Source: Perna viridis (Eukaryota). Taken from it: 64,000 nucleotides of DNA. The translations under genes and the position numbers were made by a program. The notes beneath the pieces were generated by a model that saw only the letters and a program-made list of their open reading frames with translations, did no database searches and had not been told where the DNA came from. The stretch covers positions 50,985,597 to 51,049,596 of the forward strand of contig CM074512.1 in the NCBI GenBank assembly GCA_037379345.1, read 5' to 3'. This document shows, piece by piece, positions 48,201-63,016 of the stretch. Position 1 is the first letter of the stretch, and the number at the start of each line of letters is the position of its first letter.

Positions 48201-50052
48201 ACTATTTAACTCTAAGTCAGATATTTTTGGGGAAAAAGTTATCAAGACCAAAATTCATCACTGCCATTTACACATCTTAGAAATAAGTTCAGTAATTTAT
48301 TAAAAAAATGTATGGACAGTGAAATGGACGACGATCCAGATCTGTGTTCTACAACCTTCTGGGTTAAGTATTCAGCATTGTAACATTATTATTTTTTTTC
48401 AAGCACAACACGGGTCGAGAATAGTGACAACACAACACACTCTAATCAAGATTCAAGTGATAAATCATCGAAGTTACTGTGCATCTTATTTTTAAGAAAT
48501 GTACATACAACCCTGAGGTTTTACATTATAAATCCTACCTTATTCCTCAGTATTGTATTCAGAATGAACTAACGTTTGTAAAGTTTCGTCTCTGTGTAAA
48601 TCATACTATTTCTATTTAAACTATAATTCAATTTCGTATATCTCTTCAGAAGATGAATATCTACGATTATAAAGGAAGTGTTTCGTGTGAATTGGATAGG
48701 CATATGAAAAGCTATCAACTTGATTTTTTTCTTTTCATTTTTGACGTTTAACGTTCTGAGATGGAGTACTCGGTGAACTGTTTTACTATAAGATATTTTT
48801 TTTTCATTTGAAACATATTTACATGCAACCCAAGGTTATGAAAATATAGGGAAAATATGTGCTGCCACTTCAAACGTGTTTTAATTTTGATGTGCTAAAA
48901 TTTGTCAATTTTAATCAGATATAGCAAAAAGCATTATTGATCATGTTAAGTTTTAAGAATATGACACAGCCGAATTGAAAAGGGGTAGAAACTACAGAAG
49001 ACACATCATATATGCATGTCTCCGTCAAATAAATCTAAGGCAAATTTTTATTCATACTGTCCAAAACAAGCTATCATTTTGTTTCGATAAAAACACCAAT
49101 AGACTTTAGTCACGACAAATGGGCCAGTCACTTTTCCCCGCTCCTTCTTTTATTTTGATACTGATGAATGTATAAAGAAGTGTTGCATATGTGTGCATAC
49201 CTATGTATGATTTTAAATCTGTCCATTTATAATTTCCAAAGAAAGGAAAGATTAATTATTTCCCATTAATTTTACATTTACGCAATAATCAAGTTTGAAC
49301 TGAACTATACACTGAATTCTATTGTGATTAAAAGACGTTTGACACAGGATAAGACTATGAGCAGCATTGAAAAGGCCCCTATGGCGACTAATTCCTGAAT
49401 GGTACTAATTACAACCTCAAAATTCAAAAGAGATTCCCTTTCATTCAAGTCAGGAAAACTGCTTGCTGCTGATCCATTTTCGGCCACTTGATTATTTCTA
49501 ATCCGATCAAATCACAAGTCCTCTTTTTGAGGTGTGGCACCTTTACAGTTTCAAAGAGATTCAATCACTTTGACCAAAGTTAAAACTGTCCATCTTGACA
49601 TCAAGGAAAATGTTCATGCTTGTTTCCGGCCCCTCGTACCCAAACAGTTCCAGCCCCCCCCCCCCAATATTAACCGTAGCCTTCCTTTGGTGTTATGGTA
49701 CCTTTCGGTACAACAAAAAGAGACCCACTTCTTTATAGTCAAGTTATTGTAAAGACACCAGTAAAAAGCTTGTTTCCGGTCCCTTTTTGATCCCATTCGA
49801 ATCCCTCAAGTCATAACACAAAAAATTAGTCAACCCAAGCCTGATCTTCGCGGTACATCCACATGGAACGTCGTTTTTTCCCTTTTGGCTCTTATTTCCA
49901 AAACGATTGTATCCACAACCCCGCAAATCAGTACCAACCTTTTTTGAGGTTTTGAACCTCGTAGTAAAATAATATTAAGATCAACCAACCACTTACTATT
50001 CAAGTTTTTGCATGAAATCAAGCGTCTGCAGACGAGAAGGACACAGACGACA

Positions 50053-50227
50053 TACTATATAGCGGGTAATTTTCGCGGTGTGCTGACTTTGGCATATTTT
50101 AGCGGTCCGTCTAAAAGCGCCAAAATAGATTCCGCAAAATATTTGCACTGGGCTTACTTTGTTCACCACTCTCGTTTTGCTTAAAAATAACCATTTTACA
50201 ACCGCCAAAACGATCTGTCGTACAGTA
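50053..50227. mobile_element. Probable decayed MITE
   Basis: tactata..gcgggtaattttcgcgg ... ccgccaaaa..tacagta termini; CpG-rich relative to its flanks. Confidence 0.4.
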
Positions 50228-53200
50228 TATCAATACAAAGTACGACCGAATTTTTTGCGGTCGTATGAATATATAATTATAACAATGTGAGCACATAACG
50301 TCATTTAGATTGACCTGAAAAAGGTGGAGCACGATGGCATTATGTGAACTCATGAAAAAGTTTCATTCGTAGTGTTTGCAATTGCGAATGAAAATCAAAA
50401 TCGAACAAACGGACCACGTGATTACTATCTATTCCACCTGCTTTTCAATAAACGTGGGGTAAGAATTACCCATGCATATTTATAAAAATTACTGTCAACA
50501 ATCCTATTTAGTTTCAAAATATCGGCATATGTAGTCTTCTTATGTTTCTTTTCAGTCATTTTGTTCATTCAAGCGTAACACAAGTACACCATTTGCAGAT
50601 AGCCCCTCGCACATAATCTTGACCGAATTGGGTCATGTTAGCAAAAGATTTAGATGAATTCAACAAATTTGCACCTAGGTGCAGATGAGCTAAACAAAAG
50701 CATTAAAGAGCGTACATAAATTACCTGAAAAAAAAATATGTTAGCCATATCATTTGATCGAGCAGAAAAAGCTAAATAATTTTTAGATGCCATTCATAAC
50801 TTCATTCATATCAAGTTCTTCACCACTAAATTTTTTTCAGCTTACAATAATCTAAAACTATCAAGATATTTTTTTTCATTCCAAAGGCAATAATGATAAC
50901 TAAAACATGTCATAGAATTTTCAGCCTTGAAGACTTTTGTAAGAATCATTACATCAAGTGTAACTTTAGTTTTCTGTTTGTACGTTTTTTTCTCTAAAAT
51001 ATCAGCTATAACTGCAAATGTTTGTTTTTTTCTTTTCATGCCCATAACAAATTCCCGAGCTGATGCAAGTCTTCAATCTCAGAGCTTTGTAGAAATTTTC
51101 ATAAAGATAATATGCCTAAATTTAAAGTTTTCCCTCTTATGGCATTTTAATGGCATAAACACTATACTAACAAAGAGTCATCATAAAACTTATGTAAACT
51201 ATTCTACATAAAGAGACAATATCATTGTTCTGTATCTCTTATAATTTACTGAAATGAAAATTGCTAAAAGTGATTTTAAGTCTGTGTTCTATAAAAAGAC
51301 ATATCAGTCACATTCTTAATATAAGGATAAACCGTTAACACTGAAGAAGTTTATTTGCTTCGTGGTTTTAGATGAGAAAAGTACATCATGTATGGTGTCC
51401 ACGGACATCAAGTAACGTCAATAGCTCATACGGACCTTCTGTCCAGGTTAGCTTAAAAGTTGAGTGTACATGTATATTTCGTTGTATAAAATCTGTATTG
51501 TTTACATGCAGGCATTAATTGTCTCCACGCGGCCCATTAACAGAAAAAATGATCTTTTAGTACATTAATCTTTTATTAATTCCATTTTCATAAAAATGTT
51601 TTACAACCACGGTACCACTATGAAATGTTATTTAAATTCTAGATTTCTTAGCTTAACATCCATACACAAATTTATATAAAAAAAGAAACTTCATTAGTTT
51701 ACAGATTTACATTAATCAAGAATAAAAAGATTCGTCTAGCACAGCAAGATAGGACCACAACCAGTTCAACTCGACTACATTACCGTAGATTTTTTACACA
51801 CTAAACATAAGGGCTTACAGTTCATTATGGACACAATATTGCACAATATTTTGAAATTCAATCAAGTATATACGTGGAATCATTTTGTACATCATTATCA
51901 CAGTGAATGATAGGGTGAATTTGATAGCAGACTCCAGTTATCACACGAAAACCAAGTGTCAACGGGCTACGACGACAATGCTGACAACACATGAACGCAC
52001 TTTTGTTTGCAACCGTGTAAAAACTATTAAAATCCTTCGACTTGTAACATCCCAAACTCGCAAAAGAGAGGAGAATGGAATTTTACCACCCTCCCAAACC
52101 TCTTTCACAATAGGTGGGAGGAGACAAACAAGGTATAGGGAATGTACCTTCCTAGGAAGTAGCTGATCCCAAAATATGATCCCTGATCTATAAAATAAGG
52201 TATGAAGTTTACCATTGATGTTCTGTTTGATATCAAAATTTTCTCAATATCTTACTTGATAGGACCAAAAAACTATAAGCCTTGTTTCCTGGTACCAGCA
52301 AAAAAAAAATGGAGTAGATAAGTAGGGAAATTACTTGAATTTTAAAAAATATTTTACATTGTGTAACTAAAGAAACAATCTAGACTTTTAATGGTGGTTG
52401 AGCCAAAACTGCCTTAGAATAGAATGTTTAGGATAGGTGCAAACATTAGGGTAAGTAGGCTAGCAAGAAATTTTTGGCCCTATAAAGATTCATTGTAATC
52501 TCATGTACCTTATGACAAGCTATAATTCTCCTTTCTACCGTGCTGTGGAAGTGTACTAGCATTCAGTAAAATCAATGAAAAATTTCTTTAAAAAAATGTG
52601 ATAACAACAGTTGTGACCTTAAAACAATTCATGGAACAGCAAATACCATAAAAATGTATCTTAAAATCAAGCTGGATATTGTAACAACTTCATTTCCACT
52701 AAAATCTGTCTAAACCGAACCCTGAATAATGTCAAAACCTGTTTATACCAGACACTTTTTAAAGTCCTGTTAAATCAATTCAAATGTATTTTGCACCTTG
52801 GTAAACTGAATACCTGTCTAATGTGATCCATCTCTGGGTTCACTTTAGACAAGTTTCACTGTATCTCTTGATTTCATGTTACCTTTCAAACATGTTTTCC
52901 TTATAGAAAACTACTGAAAGGGTCATATTTGTAAATATATCAGATTTGTTATACAAAATGTTAACTCATTGATCATACTTGTTTTATGCTGTGCTTGGTA
53001 CAAGCTTTGATGTATTATATTCAGCTGGTTCAATAACACACCTCAAGAAAAAAAAAAAGTTTTTATTTTTTTTTCTTTATATTTACAGTAAATAACATTG
53101 TTATCTTCAGGAAATAGAATTGGCCTTCCCTTGACTGAATGACCATTACCTGGTAATTAACCAGACAATTTACAAAGAGATTTAGATTTTCTATCAGACA

Positions 53201-53739
53201 CAGACTTTAATACCTGTAAATTGAAGTTTAGATCTCCTTGTTGAAAGTTAACTAAACTACCTGAGGCATTTCAAGACTAACTCTATTAACTGAAATTAAC
53301 TCTTTTACCCACTGTAGCACTTTTTAAACGGAAGTACTTGAAATAGACAGTATACTATCCCTGAGACCATTTTCAATGTGCATTAAGTTATTTGTCAGTG
53401 AGCAAATCAAGAATCATGTAAGATATGAGGTTATATGCAGTTATTTTTCTACAAAGCATTTTTTAAAAGACCTTCACCTATCTGTCTTTTTGTAAAGTTA
53501 ATAAAGAACACATAAGCAGTTATACATATTATAATTTGGCAGGCAAAGTACTGTACTTGCATTGTATTACTGAGTAAACTATATTATAAAACAACTAAAA
53601 GACCAAGTCTGATTACATATTATAAAATTGCTCCACAAAGCAAAGCTTGATATGACCCCAAATGTCTACTTAACCAAAAACAGTTTGGGCAAGTATTGAA
53701 ACACCATTTCCATGACTTTTATTGTAAACATTTGACACA

Positions 53740-54700
53740 AGGTAAGAGTTTGACCCTTTTTGGCCCATAATTCCTAAATGGCTCTAGTCACAACCTCTAA
53801 TATCAATATCTTCTGGTGTGAGGTACATGTACTCAGTAGAATTTCAGAGATACATTTCTTTTTACTAAAGTTATAAAAAAAATCCTGATTTCTCACCCTT
53901 TTGAGGCCTCAAATTCTCTATTGGCTCAGGTCAACCCCACTCTCTTTTTTGAGGTACAGTACCTTCTATTACAACTAAAAAGAGATCCATTCACATATTA
54001 TTTGGGCATCGGGAAAATGCTTGTTTCTGGTCCCTTCTTGGCCTCTTATTACAAACTGGTTTAAGTCATAGTCCTCAAAATTATCCAAACCTTTGGTGGT
54101 ATTGCACCTTGTGGTAAAAAAAAGAAGAACTAATTACTTATAGTCATCAAAGCTATTCTCAGGACATTAGTCTATGAAATTGGAACCAGCCCACCAGCCA
54201 ATGCTTAAAAAAATAGTGGCAAGCTTGCAAAAAATTTTATTCCAAGCCTATGTATCCTATATAAAATTCTTTTAAGATTAAGGATAGAGGATTGTCTGAA
54301 ATTAAGACGGCAAAAACTGAGAAATCGGGAAAATGCTTCTTTCTGCCCCATCATTCCTTAATGGTTCAAGTCTTAAATCCAAATTTCAATCAAAGCCTTA
54401 TCTTTGCGGAATATAATATTGTGGAGCAATATCACAGACATCCATATGCTTTTATTAGAGTTATATAGTTAAAATTCTATGAAATGCTTGTTTTTGACCA
54501 TTTTCTGGCCTTAATTCCAAAACTGTTGGGGTCACAACCTCAAAAGTCAATACCAATCTTTTTGTAGTTTGAAACCTTGTTATAAAATTTTATATTGATC
54601 AACAACTAATATTCGTGCTATCTCATGAAATCCTAGTGTCAAATAATCTCAACACTGATGACTAAGGCAGTGCCTTACCATTATTAGACCACAATTTTTT
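53740..54700. repeat. Degenerate ~150-bp-unit repeat array (relatives at 49614-49945 and 59860-60510)
   Basis: Recurrent ttttggccc..taattcctaaa..gtcacaacc..caaaatcaa motifs; resembles Helentron-associated arrays (inference). Confidence 0.45.
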
Positions 54701-55184
54701 GTGGTTATATGAATGTTCTTGATAGAATTAAATTCATATTTAAATTAAAAACTATATTCAGGTTTATCGCTGTTGTATTATGCTTTGAACAACAATACAT
54801 GTAATAAGCTTAAAAATTTCTACCACATAATCAAGGTTTTTGTCACCTAGATTGCAAAATTTGAGAGATTAAAAAGCCGATGCTAAGTTTCCACTCCTTT
54901 TACAAAACCTGCATTTTACCCGACAATTTTGAATTACCAAAGTTCAATTATTCTTCCCACTGCCAACAGGGGTTAGGCCTGAATTCTTAACGCATGGCTC
55001 CATGTATGACTCTAAAACTGGGAAAGCATGAAATTTTGATACCCACAAACACTTTACTGCCATACTTCGCTTGGCCTTTTCAATTCAATTTATGCCCCTT
55101 TAACCTGAAATCCTATATCGGCTCCTGGAAGTGGCACTTTTTTGCAAAAAGAGTAATAAAATCACATATAGTACAAGACATAAC

Positions 55185-55229
<45 letters not shown>

Positions 55230-55322
55230 GTACCCAGGCACCATGTGATTAATAAAAGGAAGAAAGTATTGGTCGAATACATTTTACATGTGTTCCATTA
55301 TGCAGTGATAGCAGTGCCAGCT

Positions 55323-58300
55323 TTAACATGGGGAGTGTTGCGTATTTGAAGTCAAGTTAGAAAAGTATGTGTCTCTCAAATGGTGATTCTCTGGATTTTC
55401 TAGAACAGTTTGTAAAAATTCCCTAGAGTCCTTTTTCAGTACATCAAGCTCACTTTGTAACTGTTTATTCTTTTTTAACAACTCAGCAGTTTTCATTGTA
55501 ATGTCCATAAGTCCTGATACTTTCAATGCCTCTGCCGTTCTGTTATAGCGTTTGGCCTTTAATCCGTCTGTCGGAGATTTCATGTCCATTCCTGCAGTGT
55601 ATTTGTCCATACTGTCTTCTGACCTTTTTTCCATTTTTTCTGGCGTACAGTCAAAGTTATCAAGCTGTTGATATGAATGTTTCCTCTGATTAGTTGGTTG
55701 TTGGTTAAGGGTTTGTTCGCTGTAATAATTGGTGTTCGTAACACTTACAATACAACTACTACTTAGAGGTGAAGAAAGTCCTTGTTGATCCATTGTTGGA
55801 AAAAACTTGTTGGAAGTAACACCACCTGTTCTCCAAGGTTTAGATGCCAGCTGGGCTCTAATTAAACTGTGATTATTAGCGACGAAAGTTTCCTGAAACA
55901 GTAAAGATCAACAGAACATATAAGGAATGATTTATCACGTTTATTCGGCCTGTAAAGAAATAATCAACATCACATGGTGCACATCTGTGAAGCAGTTGAT
56001 TTTCAAGTATGCACCACAGGTATAGCTGTTATTACCAATAGACAGAAAAATATACATAGTATCAAAATTCATAGGGTAGATTATCAAAAAAGATTGATGA
56101 CATCACAGTCACAATACAAAATTCAGTTATTTTTCCTGTAACAGCAACTACTGCATAGTTACTTGTCTCAGAAAAAAAAATACTTCCCACATCTTTTGTA
56201 AAACCCCTTAATTTAGATTATTTCCCTTTAGAGTGCTCCCACAGTAACTATATTCCTTCATGCACAATTGCATATGTTCCCTAACCTGCCTGAAAATTTC
56301 ATCAAAATCCTATGAGCAGTTTTGGAGGAGTTGCACTTACAAAAAATGGGGATAGACAAACAGAAAGACACAGGGTACTTCCTATATACCTCAGAACTTT
56401 CTTTGCTGGGATGGGGTCAGAAAGACACAGGGTAATTCCTATATACCTCAGAACTTTCTTTGCTGGAAGGGGGTATCATAATAATAATTACAAGAAGAAA
56501 CATGCAGAAACTAAGTCCCCAAACATTCTTGGGGGGACTTAATTAACTGTGTGATCCACATTAACTTCTTGTGGGATACATAAAAAATTCAAATAATTTT
56601 ATCCAAGCTCATTAATCAGAATTTAATGACAACCTTTTTACACAGTTATGTAACATTCATTTTGTGGAGTTTCATTAACCATATATTTCCTGAAATGTTG
56701 ATACAAAAACAACCTTGAACTAAAACCATACAAATCTGTATTTCCATATATCTTCATAAATTACAGTTTGGTTTTGACCTTGAATGATGACATTTAGTAG
56801 TTGTCTATAAACACTTGAGGTAGATACAACTAACACCTATATTTCAAATCTAACACACACAGTTTGATACAATACTTAAGTCCCAATAAGCCATAATTTT
56901 TCAATTTTTGCCCAAACATAAGTTCCTGACAATATACACACCTCCATATGGTAATGCAACACCTGATTAAGTTTTATAATAATCCTGCAAGTTGTAGAGG
57001 AGGACTTGTATACAACACAACAGACCAACTTTTGCTGAAAAATGTACAACTTGCAGGATTTTTAAGTTCCAACATCCGTCACCTGTATTATTTTTTACAA
57101 ACATATGCACATAACCATACAGTAATCTAACACTCCATTAAGTTTAATAACAATCCTGCAAGTCATTAAGGAGGAGTTGTGGACAATGCATGAGAACAAG
57201 TTTTGCTGAAAAACAGCCATCATCTCTACAATTTTTTGTCCAAACATAAATTTCTGACAGTATGCACATATCAAATAGATACATGTATATAACATACCAC
57301 AAAGTTTCATCACAATGTTCCATGCTGCTTAAAAAATACTTCTGACAGAAGGACAGACAGATGGAGAGACAAACAGGATGAACCTTACATACTGTTTGGA
57401 GGGGGAAAAAGCCCCTGACTGAGTTTGTAAACATGCACAATTTTACAATCCACCCTTATACATATGCTTAATGATATCTACTTTAAAAAAATGCTTGAGC
57501 TTTTTAAGATACAGGTTAAAGTGTAAAATCAATAATACAGGCAAGAAAAGTTTAAAATATAACATCAGATTTATATGTGAAGATAGAAATAATCACTAAT
57601 ATCTCAGTCAGCTCTTTGTTCTGTCTATCTGTGATGTCAAGGAGTAATCAAGGGAACCAAGATTCTTGCGGAAATCAAAGGAATATAATCAAGGGATAAA
57701 GACCAGACATGGAAAACAAACAAACACAACAAAAAACATTAAGTAACTAAAATCATACGTACAAAGAAACAAAAGTAAATGAGTAACTCAGACTCCACTA
57801 AAAACTGGGAGCATGAACCAGGTGCATTGGTAAAGTAATCAAGGGAACCAAGGTTATAACGGTATGAAAGAATGAAAGAATGTAATCCAGGGAAAAGACA
57901 AGACATGGAATACAGACATACACAACAAAGAACATAAAGTACAAAGTAACAAAAGAAAATGAGCATTAACTCATACTTCACTAAAAACTGGGAGCATGGA
58001 CAAGGTGCACTGGTAGGGTAAGCATCCTCTGCTTTTCCAGAAACACCTGCCAAGTTGCTCATAAAAAGTCAAGTCTGGAGTAGATAAAAGGGGAAAGGAA
58101 AACTATGACAGGCCTGTCAATTCTCATGCATTATGCGTAAAACTCGTATATTTTTTGTTTTTTTGCCTTTGATCTTTCAAACTTTTGCCTAATCTCACAC
58201 AAGATTTATTTCAATCAAGACAGGTCACTGTTAAGACTTGAACATCAAGTAGAAAAAACAAGAATTTAAATCATGAAGAAATAAAATAATAGAGATATAT

Positions 58301-61129
58301 AGTAAGGATAATAATGTACTGGAAGTCTGAATTACTTACCTAATTGATACATGTAACTTGATTATGGTGGAAGAATCTCAACCACATCCATACACTTTAT
58401 ACAGTGCAACCTATCCAATCCAAAACCTGAATAATCTGACAACCTGTCTAAACCACACACTTTTTAAAGAGTAATCAAGGGAACCAAGGTTATAGCGGTA
58501 ATCAAAAGAATGCAATCCAGAGACAAAAACCAGACATGGAATAGAGACATAAACAACAAAGAACATAAAGTAACAAAAATCATACATACAAAGTAACAAA
58601 AGCAAATGAGCAACTCCGACTCCACTAAAAACTGGGAGCATGGACCAGGTGCACCGGTAGGGTCACTGTATATCAAATTAAATATATTTTAAACCTTGCA
58701 AGTTGATAAACAAAACAACTGTGTATATTTAAAAACCGAACTAATTCTAAAATCTGTAAGGGTTTAAACAGATCTGGCTGTACTAAGGAAGTTTTCTTGA
58801 TAGTCCAAACAGACCTGTTTATACTACTTGATGACAATCCATATTTATTACAGTATTCTATGGTAATGACCCGTAAAATCCTGAACTATCTGAAATTTTA
58901 ATAAACGTAATATGGAGATATTCACAATCTGCAGAGAGTAGTTTGCAGTCAAAATTCATAGAAAATATGGAAAATCTCTGTCTAAATAATAGATATAAAA
59001 GGTGTGCTTGCCTATCTGGCAATTTCGTAATTTATTGAAGTCTCTCTATACATGGAATATTTCTATTACCATTTCCCTAAAAACATTTGCCTGGCAATTT
59101 TATTTACTATGAAAGTACCATTATTCATGGTGTTTTATTTTTTGTTTGGAACAACTGGAACATCAGTTAAAAAAAAAACAGCTAAAAAAAACCAAAAAAA
59201 AACAGATGTGTATGAGCAATGATGACGACAATGACCAGGAAGTGTCATATCATTATAAACCACAATATGTTAGCTTCTATTCTATGACATCACAAAAATA
59301 CATAAATAATGCCTTACTTTCATAAATTTAAAGATAGCTATGAATAAAATCTTTGAAAATAATTTTTCCTACAATGTACATGTAAATGTCATTATATTTT
59401 TGTATTTGTCTACGTGTTGTTCCCTCCAATATTTGATTGTATCAAAAATAAACTAATGTTTTGCATTAAGTCTTAGGTATGAAATGTTCAGAAGCAGAAA
59501 GAGAGAAAAAAATGTTCCACAGACCACAGCTTGATATGACTTCTAAGGTTCAATTCTTAAGAGCTGAGGTAAGTATGAACAGTACATTCAAACGTTATAA
59601 AGCTATGAACTTGTTGTTGAGTAAATATTTGAGAGAGGCTAGAGGTCAGAGGTTTCTGACACGGAATTAATGTGGACAAAGAATTTAAATTAAAAAATAC
59701 CAATCATTTAAATTTGTAATAGACAATGATAATGAACTTGAGAAAAGAGTTAAAATCCAAATTCTAAAGACATAATTTAAACACAAATACATTGATCAAC
59801 CTCACAAACACCACTGCTTCAATTGGAGTAAAATGTAAAGTTCAAGACCCTTAAATTGAATTGTGTCCCTTTGGAGGCCTTTCCAACATTCCTATATAAA
59901 GTATTAGTAAAGTTTTGTTCTAAAATGGTTAGCCCTTTATTCTTTAATTATTAGAGTCATTACCCCAAAAATCAAAGCAAAACCTACTCTGAGGTGCAAT
60001 AACGTAGACATACATGCAATGCAATCAAGTTATTATCTGGAAACAAGAACATTTGAATACTTTATTTTTCTTATCTTCCATTCCTTTAATTCCTATAAGA
60101 CCCATAACACTCAAAATCAATTCCTTTTTGTGGTATGAAACTTAAAATCTAATGCAAAGAACTTTTAGAATTTTTCTTCATACCAGTAGTCATTTAAAAA
60201 AAGATTCATAGAAATATACTTAAGTTATTGTCTGAAATTATAAAAATATTTTTTGTGGTCTCTAGTTTCTAAATGGTTAGGGTCATCACCAAAAAAATCA
60301 ATAACAACTTTTGCTTTGTGGTATTAAAGCCATGTGATACAATTTAAAGAGACCTACTGTTCAGAAAAAGAATTTTTTGGCCTTTTTTGCCCCTTATTTT
60401 TCAATGGTTTGGGTCACAACCTCCAGAATCAAACCCAAACCTTTCTCTTATGGTATAGAACCTTGGTATATCTCCAAAGAGAAAAAAGCAATTCAAGGCA
60501 CTATTCTGAAACCAAATCTAAAGAGACAGTAATGAAAAAATTGTCCTCATTAACACTATATGGAAGCATTTTTTTTATCTTATCAAAACATTAAATTTAA
60601 AAACAAACAGGGACAATTCTAAATATGTTCCTCCACCTAGTGCACACAAAGTTATTCTTCATGAAGAAAGAGCAAAATAGAAAGCTGAGTAGTTCTAATA
60701 CTAATCTAATCTAATATTTGGTACAATCTCATATATATAAATATTTTTTACTTTATACCCTGCCACACAAAGTGGCGAGGTATTATGTGATATTCTCTGA
60801 AAATATGTTTGTCTACAGTTGGTATATCAAAACCATAATTATATAGGTTAACTATAAGTAAACAAAATAAAACATAAACATACCAGTACACATTAATTTT
60901 GCACAAAACAAAAACAAAACCTACCCAGTAAATGTAAACATTTAGTAAAATCCAAGAACACTACAAAAGTGTATACAAAAATCCACTAAAGACTTGAATA
61001 CGAAAATCAAATGACATTTCGAATACTTAACAGTTCTTTCCATACACATATCTATTTATATATAGAAGAGAAAACCAATATTTACCTTTTGAGGTCTGTT
61101 GCTGGCACATGTAACAACATCTGACTTGT
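55323..61129 (-). CDS. CIPC: CLOCK-interacting pacemaker-like protein, 3' part; last exon 55892-55323, probable 44-nt exon 61129-61086; start not identified
   Basis: C-terminal KRYNRTAEALKVSGLMDITMKTAELLKKNKQLQSELDVLKKDSREF matches the CiPC domain pattern (RF.NT...L..SGL..IT.KT.EL...N...Q.ELD.LK); acceptor tttcag just upstream of 55892 is in frame; the upstream exon is less certain. Confidence 0.78.
56250..57430. repeat. Helentron-associated (HINE-like) repeat fragments in a CIPC intron
   Basis: ggaggagttg..aca motifs, (gaca)n tracts, and a ~53-bp tandem duplication at 56360-56466. Confidence 0.45.
57642..58663 (-). mobile_element. Three Penelope-like 3' UTR copies (tandem pair 57642-58110; 58468-58663)
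   Basis: Each begins agtaatcaagggaaccaag on the plus strand; the partial tandem arrangement is typical of PLE insertions. Confidence 0.8.
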
Positions 61130-63016
61130 CTACGAGATAAAATAAGACTTATAATTAGCCCAATCAAGGAGAAAACTAATCAATAACCTCACGGAATCTT
61201 GTCCTGTTCAAATCCATCATTGAAAAAAGGTGTTTATAATGGATTTTGTAACAGAAAACTCACAAACTCACAGAGACTGCTTTCATTCTTAAAAATTGAT
61301 TTTTATACACTTTAAAAATAAGCTAATATTTGCTAAAAAATAATCTAGTTTAAATATTTTTGTTTAAATGTATGAATTTGCTCTAAGTTAGACCAAAAGG
61401 AAAAATATGTCTGTTAAGGGTTTCACACATTTAAAAAATAGGAGAAGTAGGTAGATATATCTCTTTTTAACAATTTTTTTTTTACCTTGAGTTAAAGGGA
61501 AAGAAGCCTAAAGTTTATCAGAGCTTCTGCCAAAATACCCATTAAAATGCTAAGGTAGGCACTTAAAACTAGGGTAGGTAAAGGAAACCATAAACACACA
61601 TACTTTCATTTGGCCTTAAAATAAGATAAACAGTCATTTAGCTGATACATTATAAGGCCACACTTAAAAATATCTGTTTTCTATATAAGTTCCAATGATG
61701 AAAAAAAAAATTAGGTTAGCAGATAGGTATATATTTTTCCCTCCCAAATCATTCAAAGTAAGAATTTTAATTGTCAAAAGATTATCATAAAGATGTGTAT
61801 TACAGTCAAATTGTAATTACTAAGAATTTTTATTGTATATGTGGTAAAAGTGACAGCTATCAATTAGACCAAAATGGTTTTTGAAGTGACAAAAAAATTA
61901 CAAAAAAAAATATGGAAAGAAAAAAGATAAATAAAAAAAAAAAAAGGAAAAAAAACTCAAAATATTTCCACCAATCATAATTTCCTAATAGGAGGTTTTT
62001 GATGGGTTTGTTGGGCTATGGCAAACTATCTACCTTTAAAGTATAGCCTGGTGTTACTAGGTTATACACAGAGGCATGACTACATCAAGTAATAGATAAA
62101 TCTATGGACCACATTTTACTTGTATACAAATTTATAATAAGTAGCATTCATTTATAAAGATGAAAACACATAAAAAAAAAATCAAAGAAATCTGCCACCA
62201 AATCAGCTTAAAAATGTGTCAAAGACAGAAATGGCCAAGTTGCCGTAAAGTCAGTAAAGTAGAAGTGTGATAGACCTGAAATCACATCCCACGATATGTG
62301 ACCCCATACTGAAGTATCAAGTAGCTGTGATTTATAGTTGCTGAGAAAAATGCTATGGTAATTATTTCCCCGCCTGCTTGCTGTTTTAAATATAGACCTT
62401 TTCATGTTAACTGCAGGTTAGTTGATAATGCTTAATATTACCTTGCAGAAGTATATCTAACAAATGCTCAATGACTGTCCCACAGTTAACATTAAAAGGT
62501 CTATCATGTCCTCTGTTTGAAAACAATGAATTACTAATTCCCCTTATGAGTTTGTGAGCACTGTTTGTCCAAATTCTATATTAACCTTATGAAGATGTGA
62601 TTTCAACATCTCATTTACAATTCAAAGAAACTGATTGGAATATCTAACATTGTTAAAATAACAAAAGTTTCATCTAATACACTATACACATGTGGCTAGA
62701 TGAACAAATGCAAGGCATAGTAAAACTAAAATACATAAAACAACATACATCACTAAAAATGTCTATTGTAAATCACAGGTAAACACTTTAGGCCAGGAAA
62801 ACAAATGTCTGTTTAAGGTAACCCCACTTATCCCATTTTTTTTACCTACCTTAGCGCATTTTATTGGTATTTCTTTTTTGAAATGCAGCTAAAATAACAT
62901 TTTTTTCGTTGAGTACTATTTAAATTAAGAAATCCCCCTACAAGTGTCTATGTAAAATAATATTAAAAAACGAAAGGATTTTACCTTCCTATCTACCATA
63001 TTTTTCATCAAATGTA

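Noticed and set aside
49305-49487. Short GTG-initiated ORF with coding-like composition
   Set aside because: No ATG, splice support or recognisable domain.
62208-62405. ORF MKRSIFKTASRRG... as the first coding exon of CIPC
   Set aside because: An acceptor-like site precedes it but there is no convincing donor or recognisable homology; unsupported without transcripts.
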